Shown one piece after another: positions 29,007 to 38,442 of a stretch of 56,854 nucleotides of DNA (its first letter is position 1; every line of letters starts with the position of its first letter). This DNA is from a virus (Duplodnaviria; Caudoviricetes), in the IMG/VR virus record IMGVR_UViG_3300045284_000200, positions 1-56,854 of that record; one strand, given 5' to 3'. A model generated the notes under the pieces. The model saw nothing but the letters and a program-made list of their open reading frames with translations. It did no database searches and was not told the DNA's origin. Made by a program: the position numbers and the translations under genes.

Positions 29007-29842
29007 AACGCTGGCGGGAAGCCGATCTGCTGGTAGAAGTTCACCCCTGTAACATCAATGTGGTGCGGCATCTTTCGGCCTTCGTGCTTAGGATGGAAGA
29101 TTGGCCCCAACGTCGTGATGTCCACAAACCGGCGACGATAGGTGTGCCAAAGGAAGTTCAGCATCCATTGATCCCAGCGTTGGTGGCCTATACGAAACTG
29201 CTGTGGGATCGCCTTGTAAACCTGCTTCCACACATCGGGTTTCGCGCAGAAGAAGTCGCAGCCGTAGTCAACCACCCGCGCCCGGAAGTAGTCCTCGGTC
29301 TTCGGGTCGAACTCCAACCGTTGACTCGTCATCGCCACCGCTCCCTTGGCCCATGCTTTGTTGACCATCACCTTGAGGTCTGGTGCCACAACGATGTCGG
29401 CGTTGAGCAAGCAGACTGGAACGAAATGAGCCGAAGCAACGAGTGCCATTGATGCGATGTTAGGGAAATCTAGGCTCGGGATGAAATCAGTGGTTGGAGA
29501 TGCAAGTCGTTCATCGCGCTTTCCGAATAGAAGAATACGGTCGAACACCAAGTCCCATGAGCGTTTGGCGCGTAACTGATTCTCGGCAACCTCGGCGGAA
29601 TCGTCGAGAGCGCGGAATGATGAGACAGCGGTCAGCCCTGAGATGTACGGCTCGAACATGGCGGTTGTTGTCCCAGGAAATCCGACAGGATGAGGCTTGG
29701 TCTGTTCCAACTCGTCGTTGAGGTAGACTTCTCGAATGTGCCTTTGGAGATGTAAGGTAAGATTACCATTTACTCCGCCAATCATCTCGCCACACAAAAA
29801 GCAGCGATCCTCGAAGGTAAACCATGAATTTACGGTTCTCAC
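29003..29842 (-). CDS. Glycosyltransferase-like protein with N-terminal C2H2-like finger
   Basis: CFLC...HLQRH; LLNADIVV, GCDFF, FRIG..RWD; GTG start overlapping the upstream stop. Confidence 0.55.
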   Translation of the reverse strand: MRTVNSWFTFEDRCFLCGEMIGGVNGNLTLHLQRHIREVYLNDELEQTKPHPVGFPGTTTAMFEPYISGLTAVSSFRALDDSAEVAENQLRAKRSWDLVFDRILLFGKRDERLASPTTDFIPSLDFPNIASMALVASAHFVPVCLLNADIVVAPDLKVMVNKAWAKGAVAMTSQRLEFDPKTEDYFRARVVDYGCDFFCAKPDVWKQVYKAIPQQFRIGHQRWDQWMLNFLWHTYRRRFVDITTLGPIFHPKHEGRKMPHHIDVTGVNFYQQIGFPPAL

Positions 29843-30036
29843 GTTGATTCCTCCGACATGCGACGTTCCTCTTCTGGTGTAGGCACCCACTGCTTTACGA
29901 CGACAGCTTTGGTCAATTCCGGCGCGATGAACTCCACAAGGCAACGACGGGAACAGAACGCATGACGCTCATCGTTACGGGTTACGTGATACCACGGCAG
30001 TTCATCACTTGGTTTTCCGCATTTGTCGCAGTTCAT
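29839..30036 (-). CDS. Small zinc-binding (TRASH-like) protein
   Basis: CDKC...FCSRRCL. Confidence 0.6.
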   Translation of the reverse strand: MNCDKCGKPSDELPWYHVTRNDERHAFCSRRCLVEFIAPELTKAVVVKQWVPTPEEERRMSEEST

Positions 30037-30230
30037 ACGATTAGTGGTCCTTCCTCGTGTTGTCTGCACATACGAATGATGAAATCACCGATTACCATAT
30101 CAGCATCTCCGAATTTCGCCTTGAAGGCACACTTCTCGTCTTTCGTCATGGTTTTGAGTCCTCCGAATTCACTCATCTCGATTGCTACGTCGATGTGAGA
30201 ACGAAGGCGTTTAAGATCATCGACTGTCAT
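30033..30230 (-). CDS. Hypothetical protein
   Basis: ATGA coupling on both sides. Confidence 0.5.
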   Translation of the reverse strand: MTVDDLKRLRSHIDVAIEMSEFGGLKTMTKDEKCAFKAKFGDADMVIGDFIIRMCRQHEEGPLIV

Positions 30231-30973
30231 AGTGTCACCACGTTGAACGCTTTCTTCTTCGCTTCCTCGGCCCACGTCGGAGAGTGCTCCTTGTCGGCAC
30301 CATCGTAACCCGGTGAGCAACTCCAGGCCGCGCCCTTGTCACCAGAGATTAGGCCGCATCGGCCGTAGTTCTTCGCATTCTTGGATCGCGTGTAGTCGGC
30401 TCCAAAGTAACGGGCGTGCAGCAGCTTCATCCCTGTCTCGCGTCCGACGATTGGATTGCAGTTCTCAAGATCATGCTTCCCTCGAATCCAGTTGATCCTG
30501 ATGTCTGGCTGGAAAACCACGGGCTTAGAATAAACCGGCGCCGCAACTCCCATCGGATTCAGTTCGTAAATCTGGCTTTTACCGTCGTCCTTCGGGAACC
30601 CGTCTCCCAGCAAGTTGTAACCGGACGGCTTGATCACCTGTATCCCGACCGACTTCGCCAGACTCAGGGTGCCCAGCATGTCCGGCGAATAGATGAACTC
30701 GTCACTGTCAGGGATCATCACCCAATCGAACTTTCCACGAGCCTTCGGATACCACTCCTGCCAGTGCGCAAGGAACAGGTCTTCGTTGATCCCGCTCTCG
30801 TGTGGCCACTCGCGTACGAGCACCTTTGGATGGGCGTTGAGCATCTCGCGAGTGCCGTCGGTACTGTGATCGTCGAAAGCGGAAATCTCATCGGCGAACG
30901 TCTCGTAGTGGCGTAAAAAATACGGAAGGACATCGCGGCAATTGTAGGTCAGGACGAAAATTAGGATCTTCAT
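30227..30973 (-). CDS. Glycosyltransferase family 2-like
   Basis: LPYFLRHY...DDHSTDGT...DWVMIPDSDEFI...LLHARY. Confidence 0.88.
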   Translation of the reverse strand: MKILIFVLTYNCRDVLPYFLRHYETFADEISAFDDHSTDGTREMLNAHPKVLVREWPHESGINEDLFLAHWQEWYPKARGKFDWVMIPDSDEFIYSPDMLGTLSLAKSVGIQVIKPSGYNLLGDGFPKDDGKSQIYELNPMGVAAPVYSKPVVFQPDIRINWIRGKHDLENCNPIVGRETGMKLLHARYFGADYTRSKNAKNYGRCGLISGDKGAAWSCSPGYDGADKEHSPTWAEEAKKKAFNVVTL

Positions 30974-31653
30974 GGTGCGATGTGTCGGATGACTTCCAGT
31001 AATGGGGAAGCTCCGTTCGCGTGAAATAGGCACGGATACTCGCTTGTGTCCTTCGCTTTCGGTCTTGGCTCACTGAAGTCCAAAAGCTTGTCCGATCCCA
31101 TATTCATGCAGAAACACAGCGAGCAGGTGCGATCCAGTTCGATGGGGTGTTTCCCCGATAGGAACATGTCCACGACGATCTGTTGATCGTCCTTCTCCCG
31201 CTTCGAGGCGATGGCCGCAAGTTCCTCCGTGAACGGAAGAGCCGCTTCAGTCGTCGCGATCCACATCCCGGCGTTGAGATATTTGCAACGGTGAATCGTC
31301 GGCGGGTAGAGCGCCGCCTGTTCCTGCTTTGGCCAGCAGTAGCACTCGGAGGCAAACACGATGGGCGAGTTGAGCTTCTCGAACTTCGCCATGATTTCGC
31401 CCATGCCGGCCGCGAACACCACGTCGTAGGAATCGGTGAAAACGAAGTGCGTGTATTTGTCGGCGTTCTCGCGGACGAACCGCGCCTGCCCTTCGCTCTT
31501 GCGATACCACGGAATCGTCGTCCAGTCGGCGCCGGGCCAGTCCTCCGAGTCGAAGTTCTGCGGGTCGAGTCCCTGACGCTTCGCGGTGTCGAGGAAGGCG
31601 CCCAGATACTTCTTCGGTGTCGGTCCCCATGTGCTTACGAGTACTGGTTTCAT
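30970..31653 (-). CDS. PLOD/LH3-type glycosyltransferase domain protein
   Basis: FTDSYDV, IVFASE..CWP, YLNAG, DDQ, IELD, LFHANG match the glycosyltransferase domain of procollagen lysyl hydroxylases. Confidence 0.85.
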   Translation of the reverse strand: MKPVLVSTWGPTPKKYLGAFLDTAKRQGLDPQNFDSEDWPGADWTTIPWYRKSEGQARFVRENADKYTHFVFTDSYDVVFAAGMGEIMAKFEKLNSPIVFASECYCWPKQEQAALYPPTIHRCKYLNAGMWIATTEAALPFTEELAAIASKREKDDQQIVVDMFLSGKHPIELDRTCSLCFCMNMGSDKLLDFSEPRPKAKDTSEYPCLFHANGASPLLEVIRHIAP

Positions 31654-31656
31654 AAT

Positions 31657-31842
31657 TCAACCGCCGTGAATTGTTACAATCGCTTCGTTGATAGCAGTCT
31701 GGATGTGGATGGCCAATTGAGCCGTTCGATCTGGCCAGTCGCCTACTGGCTTACGCATCAATTCTTCGTGCTCCTGAACTTCGTGGAGCCACTCTAAAGC
31801 AGCCTTCTTGGCGATGTCACCGATGCCGATGCTTGTGCTCAT
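31657..31842 (-). CDS. Hypothetical protein
   Basis: GGAGG Shine-Dalgarno upstream; ATGA coupling. Confidence 0.5.
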   Translation of the reverse strand: MSTSIGIGDIAKKAALEWLHEVQEHEELMRKPVGDWPDRTAQLAIHIQTAINEAIVTIHGG

Positions 31843-32576
31843 ATCACCTCCGGCCATTCCTTACCAATTGCCTCATCGAACCATGCGACGCTGTGATGCC
31901 CGGTGTACTCAGGGCTCGTGTTGGTTCCAAGATTCAACGCCCTACACCTTTCCGGCACTCGTGCCCAGTTGCGGGCATGTCGCCATCTCACGTAATCCGC
32001 ACCGAGAGCGCGGTAGTGGAGCAGTTTGATCTCGGCGGTGGGTGTACTTCGAGGGTTGAACTGAGCGTAGTCCGGCCCGTGCCGACCAACCGTCCACCAC
32101 ATGTGCTTCCTAAATACGGCCGGCTTGCTCCAGATGCCGTCAGGGAATCCCGTGCGAACCTCATCGTAAATCTGGCCCTCAGTCGTCGGGAACGACTTCG
32201 ATACCATCGTGTAGCCTTGGATCTGTGGCACTTCAACGTCATCGGCGAGATACCGCCGCAACACGTCCTTGATGGCAGGATGGTAAAGGAACTCATCGGC
32301 ATCGACGAATACGATCCAATCCGCTTTGCCGCGGGCTTCCTTCCACGCTTCATTGGCGAACTCCAGAAACTTGTCATCCTGGATGCCGCTCTCGTGTGGC
32401 CACTCGCGCAACTCCGCAGTGTGACAAGACCGGATGATGTCCCGTGTTCCGTCAACGCTCATATCGTCGTAGAACACGAACTTTGTAACCCACGGTGCGT
32501 AGTGCCTGAGAAAATAAGGCATCAGCCGAGACTCATCACGGCAGATGCAAAATAGCCAGATGGAGAGTTCCTTCAC
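31839..32576 (-). CDS. Glycosyltransferase family 2-like (paralog of 30227..30973)
   Basis: MPYFLRHY...DDMSVDGT...DWIVFVDADEFL...KLLHYR. Confidence 0.88.
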   Translation of the reverse strand: MKELSIWLFCICRDESRLMPYFLRHYAPWVTKFVFYDDMSVDGTRDIIRSCHTAELREWPHESGIQDDKFLEFANEAWKEARGKADWIVFVDADEFLYHPAIKDVLRRYLADDVEVPQIQGYTMVSKSFPTTEGQIYDEVRTGFPDGIWSKPAVFRKHMWWTVGRHGPDYAQFNPRSTPTAEIKLLHYRALGADYVRWRHARNWARVPERCRALNLGTNTSPEYTGHHSVAWFDEAIGKEWPEVI

Positions 32577-33103
32577 GCGATTTCTCTCTGCGCTGAAATG
32601 GGGTTATCGGTAGTTGGGAAGTTCAATCTGGCGAATCGTCCAAACAGTTTCACCGCTTCAGCATCGTATGCACGGGCCGCATCTTCTCGCTTCCCGAACG
32701 AACCCAAGTACCGCTGCTTTCCAGACAGATAGATCGCTGCGGACCACCTGCCTTTTGTTTTTATGGTGGGATAGACACCCTTGAACCCAGACTTGTTATT
32801 GGAGCCTGCGGGCTTGTTCCTTGTGTTCTCCAGCGGAGTACATGGACGGAGGTTTTGGTTCGTGTTGTTAAGGCCGTTGCCGTCTCTGTGATCTACCATC
32901 TGCTGTGTATCCAGAATGAACTGAGCCATCTGCTGAATTACCCTCTTCCCGTTCACTCTCACCACTCGCAATGTCCGTTGGGCGTAGAAGCCTCCATTCG
33001 ATCTTTTTGTAGCGTGCCATTTGTGCTGTGTGACGCGATCAAAGTCGCACTCATCGACGATGGCGAATTGTCCCTGTGTCAATGGCACCAGCTTCGTGTT
33101 CAT
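32573..33103 (-). CDS. HNH-AP2 homing endonuclease
   Basis: VDHRDGNGLNN...NLR..T..EN; SGFKGV...WSAAI...YLGSF...AARAYD.EA..LFG.FA.LNF. Confidence 0.92.
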   Translation of the reverse strand: MNTKLVPLTQGQFAIVDECDFDRVTQHKWHATKRSNGGFYAQRTLRVVRVNGKRVIQQMAQFILDTQQMVDHRDGNGLNNTNQNLRPCTPLENTRNKPAGSNNKSGFKGVYPTIKTKGRWSAAIYLSGKQRYLGSFGKREDAARAYDAEAVKLFGRFARLNFPTTDNPISAQREIA

Positions 33104-33888
33104 GCTAACGCTTCCTGAACCCCAGCCTCTTTTTCCCATTCTTCCTTATTCTTGTTCTGATGATGCGGAACGTCTGGGCCTCGGCCACCGGAACAGATCT
33201 TGCACGACTCTAACGGATGTCTTCGGTTCAGGAATTCCTGCAATTTCTCATCGGTCATTCCGGGAATAGGTATTCCATCTACGTGTGGGTCGATGTCCTT
33301 CCAGCGTTCAGCACGTTTCATGTATTGCTTAGGCCAGAAGGCGGAAAGCGGACACAGATAAAAATAGCCGGAATGAATCGTTAAACAGCGATTCCACCCG
33401 CAACCATGATACGTGCTTCCGTCTGGCACGGACGCAAACACTGGCTTGAAGCTGTTGATTTCCTGCGGGCGCACGAAAAATCCCCACTCATCAGCCTTCC
33501 TCTGAATCCAAGGAACAATGTCAGGATCTAGTCCGGGATAACAACTCATGCGAAGTTCACAATGCCCATCTCGAAGCAACGCCCACAGATCGTCGCCCAT
33601 CCGCTTCAAAAGTTTTCCGTTTGTCAGAAGACCAGATTGCTTCGCGATTCCGCTTTCAATGCAAAGCCGAAGAAGTTCAACAACGTCTGGGTGAATCAAA
33701 GGATCTCCACCTTGAACCAGGAGAAGTTTCGTTCTGAGATGATTTTTCATCACCTGCAAATCCTCTTTAAGAACTTCCACCGGCATGTAGTAAACATCAG
33801 CAAAGGCGGAGCCGTGATTGCATTGGGCGCACCTTAAATTGCAGTGTCGAGTCGCGTTGATTTCACAGCCGTAGTCCGTGTTCACCAT
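33100..33888 (-). CDS. Radical SAM protein
   Basis: CNLRCAQC [4Fe-4S] motif, GGDPL, LTNG, extra C-terminal Cys (C...C...CKIC). Confidence 0.9.
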   Translation of the reverse strand: MVNTDYGCEINATRHCNLRCAQCNHGSAFADVYYMPVEVLKEDLQVMKNHLRTKLLLVQGGDPLIHPDVVELLRLCIESGIAKQSGLLTNGKLLKRMGDDLWALLRDGHCELRMSCYPGLDPDIVPWIQRKADEWGFFVRPQEINSFKPVFASVPDGSTYHGCGWNRCLTIHSGYFYLCPLSAFWPKQYMKRAERWKDIDPHVDGIPIPGMTDEKLQEFLNRRHPLESCKICSGGRGPDVPHHQNKNKEEWEKEAGVQEALA

Positions 33889-33910
33889 AGATGCCTCCAA
33901 GTTTTGTTGT

Positions 33911-34528
33911 TCACACCTTCAGGATACCAATCCCACCATGCGGAATCACCCCTTTGTATTTTGAGTGTTCTTCAGTAGCGATAATCTCCCTCTTATCGCC
34001 TTTGAGTTCATTCCAGAATCTCGTCACCTGCAACTCCGGTGGCTGGACGCCATGCGGTCCGATGTTCGCAAGCGGGTTGATGTCGTGGAACACGATCCAG
34101 CCGCCGGGCCGGACGTGCGGCGCCCAAAGCTCGAACTCCTTGGCGATGGTTTCGTAGTAATGCCCGTCGTCGATGAACAGCAGATCGATTGGGCAACCGA
34201 AGGAGTCCTCCATTACCCGTTTTACGCACGCTTCCGTAGTGGCGTCGTCCAGAATAAGTTGAAGATTGTGGCCGTAAGGACGGCTGACGTATGTGTTGTG
34301 ATCCTCGATGTCGATGGAGACGGTCTTCTTAGAGGTAACGAGACTCAGCAGGGCTCCGGTAAATCCTCGGAACGTGCCAAGCTCTACGGTGCATTCTGGC
34401 TTCAATTCGTCGAGCACCAGCGCGAGGAACGTCCGCATCTCCCATTCGTGTTGCTGGATGTTGATGAGGTTGTGATCGGCGAAGATGGCGGTCAACGCGC
34501 TCTCAACGTAGGTTGGTAGTGGGTTCAT
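33911..34528 (-). CDS. Class I SAM methyltransferase (Methyltransf_24 / sugar O-methyltransferase-like)
   Basis: VELGTFRG, IDLLFIDDGHYY, GGWIVFHDI. Confidence 0.88.
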   Translation of the reverse strand: MNPLPTYVESALTAIFADHNLINIQQHEWEMRTFLALVLDELKPECTVELGTFRGFTGALLSLVTSKKTVSIDIEDHNTYVSRPYGHNLQLILDDATTEACVKRVMEDSFGCPIDLLFIDDGHYYETIAKEFELWAPHVRPGGWIVFHDINPLANIGPHGVQPPELQVTRFWNELKGDKREIIATEEHSKYKGVIPHGGIGILKV

Positions 34529-34749
34529 GTAACTTGTGGCTGATCATGGTACGCAGTTGTTAGCGGAATCAGCTTAATCAGTAGATTATTTGGAATAATT
34601 GGACATCCGAATCGATCAACCTCAGTACACCAACACAGACCTTCAAAACAAAGTTCACCACGAATCTTGTCAGGAAACGGCTCCCACCGAACGCCATGAA
34701 AGCACATCGCCTGAAGCAGAATCGAATGGCTATTGTGTTTTCGTTTCAT
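34525..34749 (-). CDS. Hypothetical protein
   Basis: Coupled small ORF. Confidence 0.45.
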   Translation of the reverse strand: MKRKHNSHSILLQAMCFHGVRWEPFPDKIRGELCFEGLCWCTEVDRFGCPIIPNNLLIKLIPLTTAYHDQPQVT

Positions 34750-34931
34750 ATCAGGAACTTCTTTCCGCAACGTTTACACTCAATCGGAATCATGTGCCAC
34801 GGATGACCATCATGGCCATCTGGATAATCATGGAAATCGATCAGCCCTTTGTTTGCGGACTCTTCGCAAACGATTCTCATATTGAGACGGAATCTAGCCA
34901 GAAACCAACGAATGAACTTAGGTAGTTTCAT
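34746..34931 (-). CDS. Hypothetical protein with C-terminal CxxC
   Basis: Coupled ORF; CKRCGKKF. Confidence 0.5.
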   Translation of the reverse strand: MKLPKFIRWFLARFRLNMRIVCEESANKGLIDFHDYPDGHDGHPWHMIPIECKRCGKKFLI

Positions 34932-35131
34932 GCTTTCTGATAGACCGTCATTTCTTTGCCAGCGCGACCTTCGCGCACCCGCTTGAGTTCACCAGTGCTC
35001 ACCATCCTCGATAACATCCGACGATACTGGACTGAGTTTTCAAAATCGCAGACGCAGAACTCCCTTCCGGTTCCGGCCACGTCGCGGATCGACTTGACCA
35101 TTGCGCCGTAAACTCGGTCGGTCTTTCTCAT
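34928..35131 (-). CDS. Small winged-helix-like protein
   Basis: LSRMVSTGELKRV wing pattern. Confidence 0.4.
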   Translation of the reverse strand: MRKTDRVYGAMVKSIRDVAGTGREFCVCDFENSVQYRRMLSRMVSTGELKRVREGRAGKEMTVYQKA

Positions 35132-35781
35132 GGCTTCACGACGAGCGCCTTCTCGCCTTCGGTGAGAACGGGAAGAAGACCATGCTCCGCGGTGAACTCT
35201 GTCCAGTCGGCTACTACGCCCGGGAACCAGCCCGTAAGGTCATCCACGAGCATCCCGCCGCCGCTTGGCAGCAAGTCCCAGTATGCCTCGTAGTCCCTCC
35301 GAACATCTCCTCTTTCATGCGACGCATCTACATAAATTAGCCCCGGAACAAGACCGAGCCATTTAATCACACGCGCTCCGTTGATGCTGTCGATTGCGAA
35401 CGGAACGATCACGTCCTGACACCCGTTGGCGATGACGTTGGCCATGAAGCGATAGAAAAGGTCCGGCCTGCCGAAGTGCGGCCGTATCTTCTCGCGAGCG
35501 CCGAGGAAATGGTCGTAACCGAAGGCCCAAGTATCCACACAGAGGATCGCGCAATCTCGCTTCTGAGCCTTGATGAGCTTGGCCATGTGGATTGCCGATT
35601 CGCCGCAGAAACTACCGACTTCGATGATGATCGATGGGTTCAGACGACCGATACACTGGCCGAATATCTCGCGCTGTGCTCCACCGTCGTTGTACCAGAC
35701 GCCTTCCCAACCGTGGGGAAATCCGACGTAGGGATTTACGCCTTGGTGGATCTTGTCGAGTAACAGGCTGAATGGAGTCAT
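35128..35781 (-). CDS. Class I SAM methyltransferase (Methyltransf_24-like)
   Basis: IEVGSFCGES, CVDTW, LIYVDASH, GGMLVDD. Confidence 0.88.
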   Translation of the reverse strand: MTPFSLLLDKIHQGVNPYVGFPHGWEGVWYNDGGAQREIFGQCIGRLNPSIIIEVGSFCGESAIHMAKLIKAQKRDCAILCVDTWAFGYDHFLGAREKIRPHFGRPDLFYRFMANVIANGCQDVIVPFAIDSINGARVIKWLGLVPGLIYVDASHERGDVRRDYEAYWDLLPSGGGMLVDDLTGWFPGVVADWTEFTAEHGLLPVLTEGEKALVVKP

Positions 35782-36014
35782 ACCGGTGTGCCGTCCTCTC
35801 GTTCGTAGGTGGCGGCGAAAATGTCAGGCTTGCAGGGATAACGCTCTCCTTTTACGCCAGTGATTATCCAATCTCCATCTGATACGCGAAGTGGTCCTTC
35901 AAGGGTTTTGATGATGGCGTTGCCCTTACTATCGTATTCGACACCTTCAGGGAGCGGCGCAATGGCCGAGAACTGCACAGCTTCGATGACGACGGGTTTC
36001 TTTCGGTATTTCAT
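35778..36014 (-). CDS. Conserved small phage protein (PGDYG-like)
   Basis: KYRKKPVVIEAVQ...TLEG...GDWII.GVKGE.YPCKPDIF..TY. Confidence 0.85.
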   Translation of the reverse strand: MKYRKKPVVIEAVQFSAIAPLPEGVEYDSKGNAIIKTLEGPLRVSDGDWIITGVKGERYPCKPDIFAATYEREDGTPV

Positions 36015-36805
36015 AGCATTTTCAAAAGGCTCTCGGGAGTGCATTCAAACGGCTGGTCTTTGTAGTACGGCTTTTGCGGTTGTTCTGGCGAGGCATGACT
36101 CCAGAACTGAACGACCTTGTGCGGCTTCGGGAACTGACCGAGTGCTTGGTCTGGCCAGTTGTATTCGTCTCGGAAATGGCGCCACGCGACTTCACCCAAC
36201 GTGTTGAACTCGCAGAACGTCTGTGGAAAGGCGTTCTCGCAAGACTTGATGTAGTCTTCACAACTCTTGCCGGTGTGCGCTTCGATGCACTCGCGAGCCT
36301 TTGCGTAAGTCTTGCGGTAATGAACCGCCTGCGGCCGACGCATGAACTCGTGGTCTGACGTTCCACCCAAGGCTTTCTCCACCCCATCCTTCCACATTCC
36401 AAGGTTCGCCTGTTGTTCCGTGACGAGCCAGTGATAGGTGGCATGGAGCAGGACCGGTTTGCCATCGTTGATGTAATCCTCCGGTGTCGTCGGCTCGACG
36501 AACATCACGTCGGAATCCATGTGAAAGATGTAGTCCGCGTCGGTGAACTGGTCGGAGCACATGATGACGTGCTCGTGGCGCAGGAACCCTTTCCCCGGCC
36601 AGTCCTCGTAGCACTGCACCTTGGACCCAATGCCTTCGATCTGGGACAGTTCAGTGAGTAGCGGTGTGATCGCGGACAGATCCTCCTCCGGCACGAGTAC
36701 CTTCACTTGCCGAAATCCGGTGGCAAATTTCTTGCACGAAAGGAGTGCGTAGCGGAGCCACGGGTAATGTTTGGCGCACGAGACGATCAGGATGTCAGTG
36801 GTCAT
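36011..36805 (-). CDS. GT-A fold glycosyltransferase-like (DUF6492-like) protein
   Basis: DADYIFHMDSD DxD motif; FCEFNTLG; QFWSH. Confidence 0.65.
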   Translation of the reverse strand: MTTDILIVSCAKHYPWLRYALLSCKKFATGFRQVKVLVPEEDLSAITPLLTELSQIEGIGSKVQCYEDWPGKGFLRHEHVIMCSDQFTDADYIFHMDSDVMFVEPTTPEDYINDGKPVLLHATYHWLVTEQQANLGMWKDGVEKALGGTSDHEFMRRPQAVHYRKTYAKARECIEAHTGKSCEDYIKSCENAFPQTFCEFNTLGEVAWRHFRDEYNWPDQALGQFPKPHKVVQFWSHASPEQPQKPYYKDQPFECTPESLLKML

Positions 36806-36814
36806 GTTGGCCAA

Positions 36815-37027
36815 TCATCGACGCTTGCCGGATGCTGGAAGGCTGTGTGTGGATGCGATGACTTTTGTTTCGACCGTCAGGACTTCATGCAGCACATAGC
36901 GACCTACGCGCTTCTTTTCTCCAATACTGGCGGTTTCATCGGCGGTCTTGTTCACTTGCAGCCATTCGTCTGGAGTTCCTTTTTCCTCTTGGCTGACGAA
37001 TATTTGGTCTGGGAATATTTTGTTCAT
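36815..37027 (-). CDS. Hypothetical protein
   Basis: Coupled small ORF. Confidence 0.5.
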   Translation of the reverse strand: MNKIFPDQIFVSQEEKGTPDEWLQVNKTADETASIGEKKRVGRYVLHEVLTVETKVIASTHSLPASGKRR

Positions 37028-38442
37028 ATTGTTAGTCGGTCGATTAACGAACCGCTTTTGTCCCGATGGAAGACGACGGCGGTTTTTGGGATTTGGTTGA
37101 TGAGATGGTTGCTACCGGGAGGGAAATTTGGAGCCTCGCCTTCGAGTGCGTTGAGATAGCCGTTCTTGATCCCCCAGTAAGCGACGGCGATGTGACCAAT
37201 GTCCTTCACCTTGCCTTCCATTTCGTCTTTCCACTCTACGTCAAACGCGTTCGCGCAATGAGACATTGTGCGTGGCAAGAGATCGGGTGTATTCGGTGGA
37301 TGAATTGTCGGAGTCCCATTGCAATGCATCCCCTTCCCGACAATCGGCCCGGCGAAAGGCATTCGGCAGTTGTCGTAAACGTTCTGGAGCACGGTGAGCC
37401 ATTGTTTCTTCAGCGGGATCGCATCGGCTTCCAACCACAGCCACGAACGATCAAGCTTCTGCATCACCCTGGCCGCGTGTTGCCATGCGTAGGTCTGCGG
37501 AAAACCTGTTCCCGGTGGGATTCGATACGAGGTCTGCTGCACGTTTCCGAACACCTCTCTGGCCAGATGGAGTGATTCTCTCACAACTTGACCATTGGTG
37601 GTGAGGTCGAAGGAGAGCAGGCAATCGTGCGTCTTGTCCGCGCCGAGCGTCTTCATCCACTTCAGGTTCTTGATGAGTTGCAGCACGTCCATCATGCAGA
37701 ACGGCAGAACCACCACGAAGTTGTCGGAGGTGACAATGTTGAACTTTTTCTTCAGCAACCCCATCAGCGTGCCGTCCTTGTTCCGGTGATAGATGACAGC
37801 TTCCGGAGGGAGTTGATCCAATGTGAAAGCGTTTCGAGGTGTTTCGGCCGTTCGATTCTCGACGAAGGTCGGGGCCAAGTCCTTCTCACCGTAGAAATGG
37901 TGGATGAGCTTGGTGTGGGTGGCCAATGGCACTATAGCTTCCGCACTGGACACGTCCCATGCCTTGGCGGGTTGCGCTTCGATGCAAGGTCCGATCAGGT
38001 CGAATGCGTCAGGCGGATAAACGGCGATGCCAGACATGACCTTCATCACCTGCTCACGGTACATGTAGAGTTGTCCAAAGTAGCGGCTTCCCTTGCGCAT
38101 CTTGTCGACGGCCACCAGCCAGCCTCGCTTCACCGGGATTGCATCGGGCTCCAGCCAAAGCCAATCCACACCCTTCTCCTTGCAGTGCTTGGCGGCTACA
38201 AGCCAGAGCGCATTGGCTCCGGCTGGCCAGCCGGTGACTGGTTCGGCAGTGGTGATGAATGAAGCGCCTCTGAATGCTAGATTGGCCAAAGTGAGTGCGT
38301 CCACGGCTTTACCCCAATCGACCGCAGCATCGACGACGAGAAGGCAGTTGAATTCCTGACAGCCGCCGAGTTGGCCGATGAACTCAAGGAGCGCGAGCGC
38401 CTGATCGGCGTCGTCGGGGCAGAATGGAACGACGACGATCAT
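37024..38442 (-). CDS. Tandem two-domain glycosyltransferase-like protein
   Basis: Two homologous halves, each with VV.PFC..D, WLWLE.DAIP.K..WL and AV..HR.K.G.L. Confidence 0.6.
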   Translation of the reverse strand: MIVVVPFCPDDADQALALLEFIGQLGGCQEFNCLLVVDAAVDWGKAVDALTLANLAFRGASFITTAEPVTGWPAGANALWLVAAKHCKEKGVDWLWLEPDAIPVKRGWLVAVDKMRKGSRYFGQLYMYREQVMKVMSGIAVYPPDAFDLIGPCIEAQPAKAWDVSSAEAIVPLATHTKLIHHFYGEKDLAPTFVENRTAETPRNAFTLDQLPPEAVIYHRNKDGTLMGLLKKKFNIVTSDNFVVVLPFCMMDVLQLIKNLKWMKTLGADKTHDCLLSFDLTTNGQVVRESLHLAREVFGNVQQTSYRIPPGTGFPQTYAWQHAARVMQKLDRSWLWLEADAIPLKKQWLTVLQNVYDNCRMPFAGPIVGKGMHCNGTPTIHPPNTPDLLPRTMSHCANAFDVEWKDEMEGKVKDIGHIAVAYWGIKNGYLNALEGEAPNFPPGSNHLINQIPKTAVVFHRDKSGSLIDRLTI

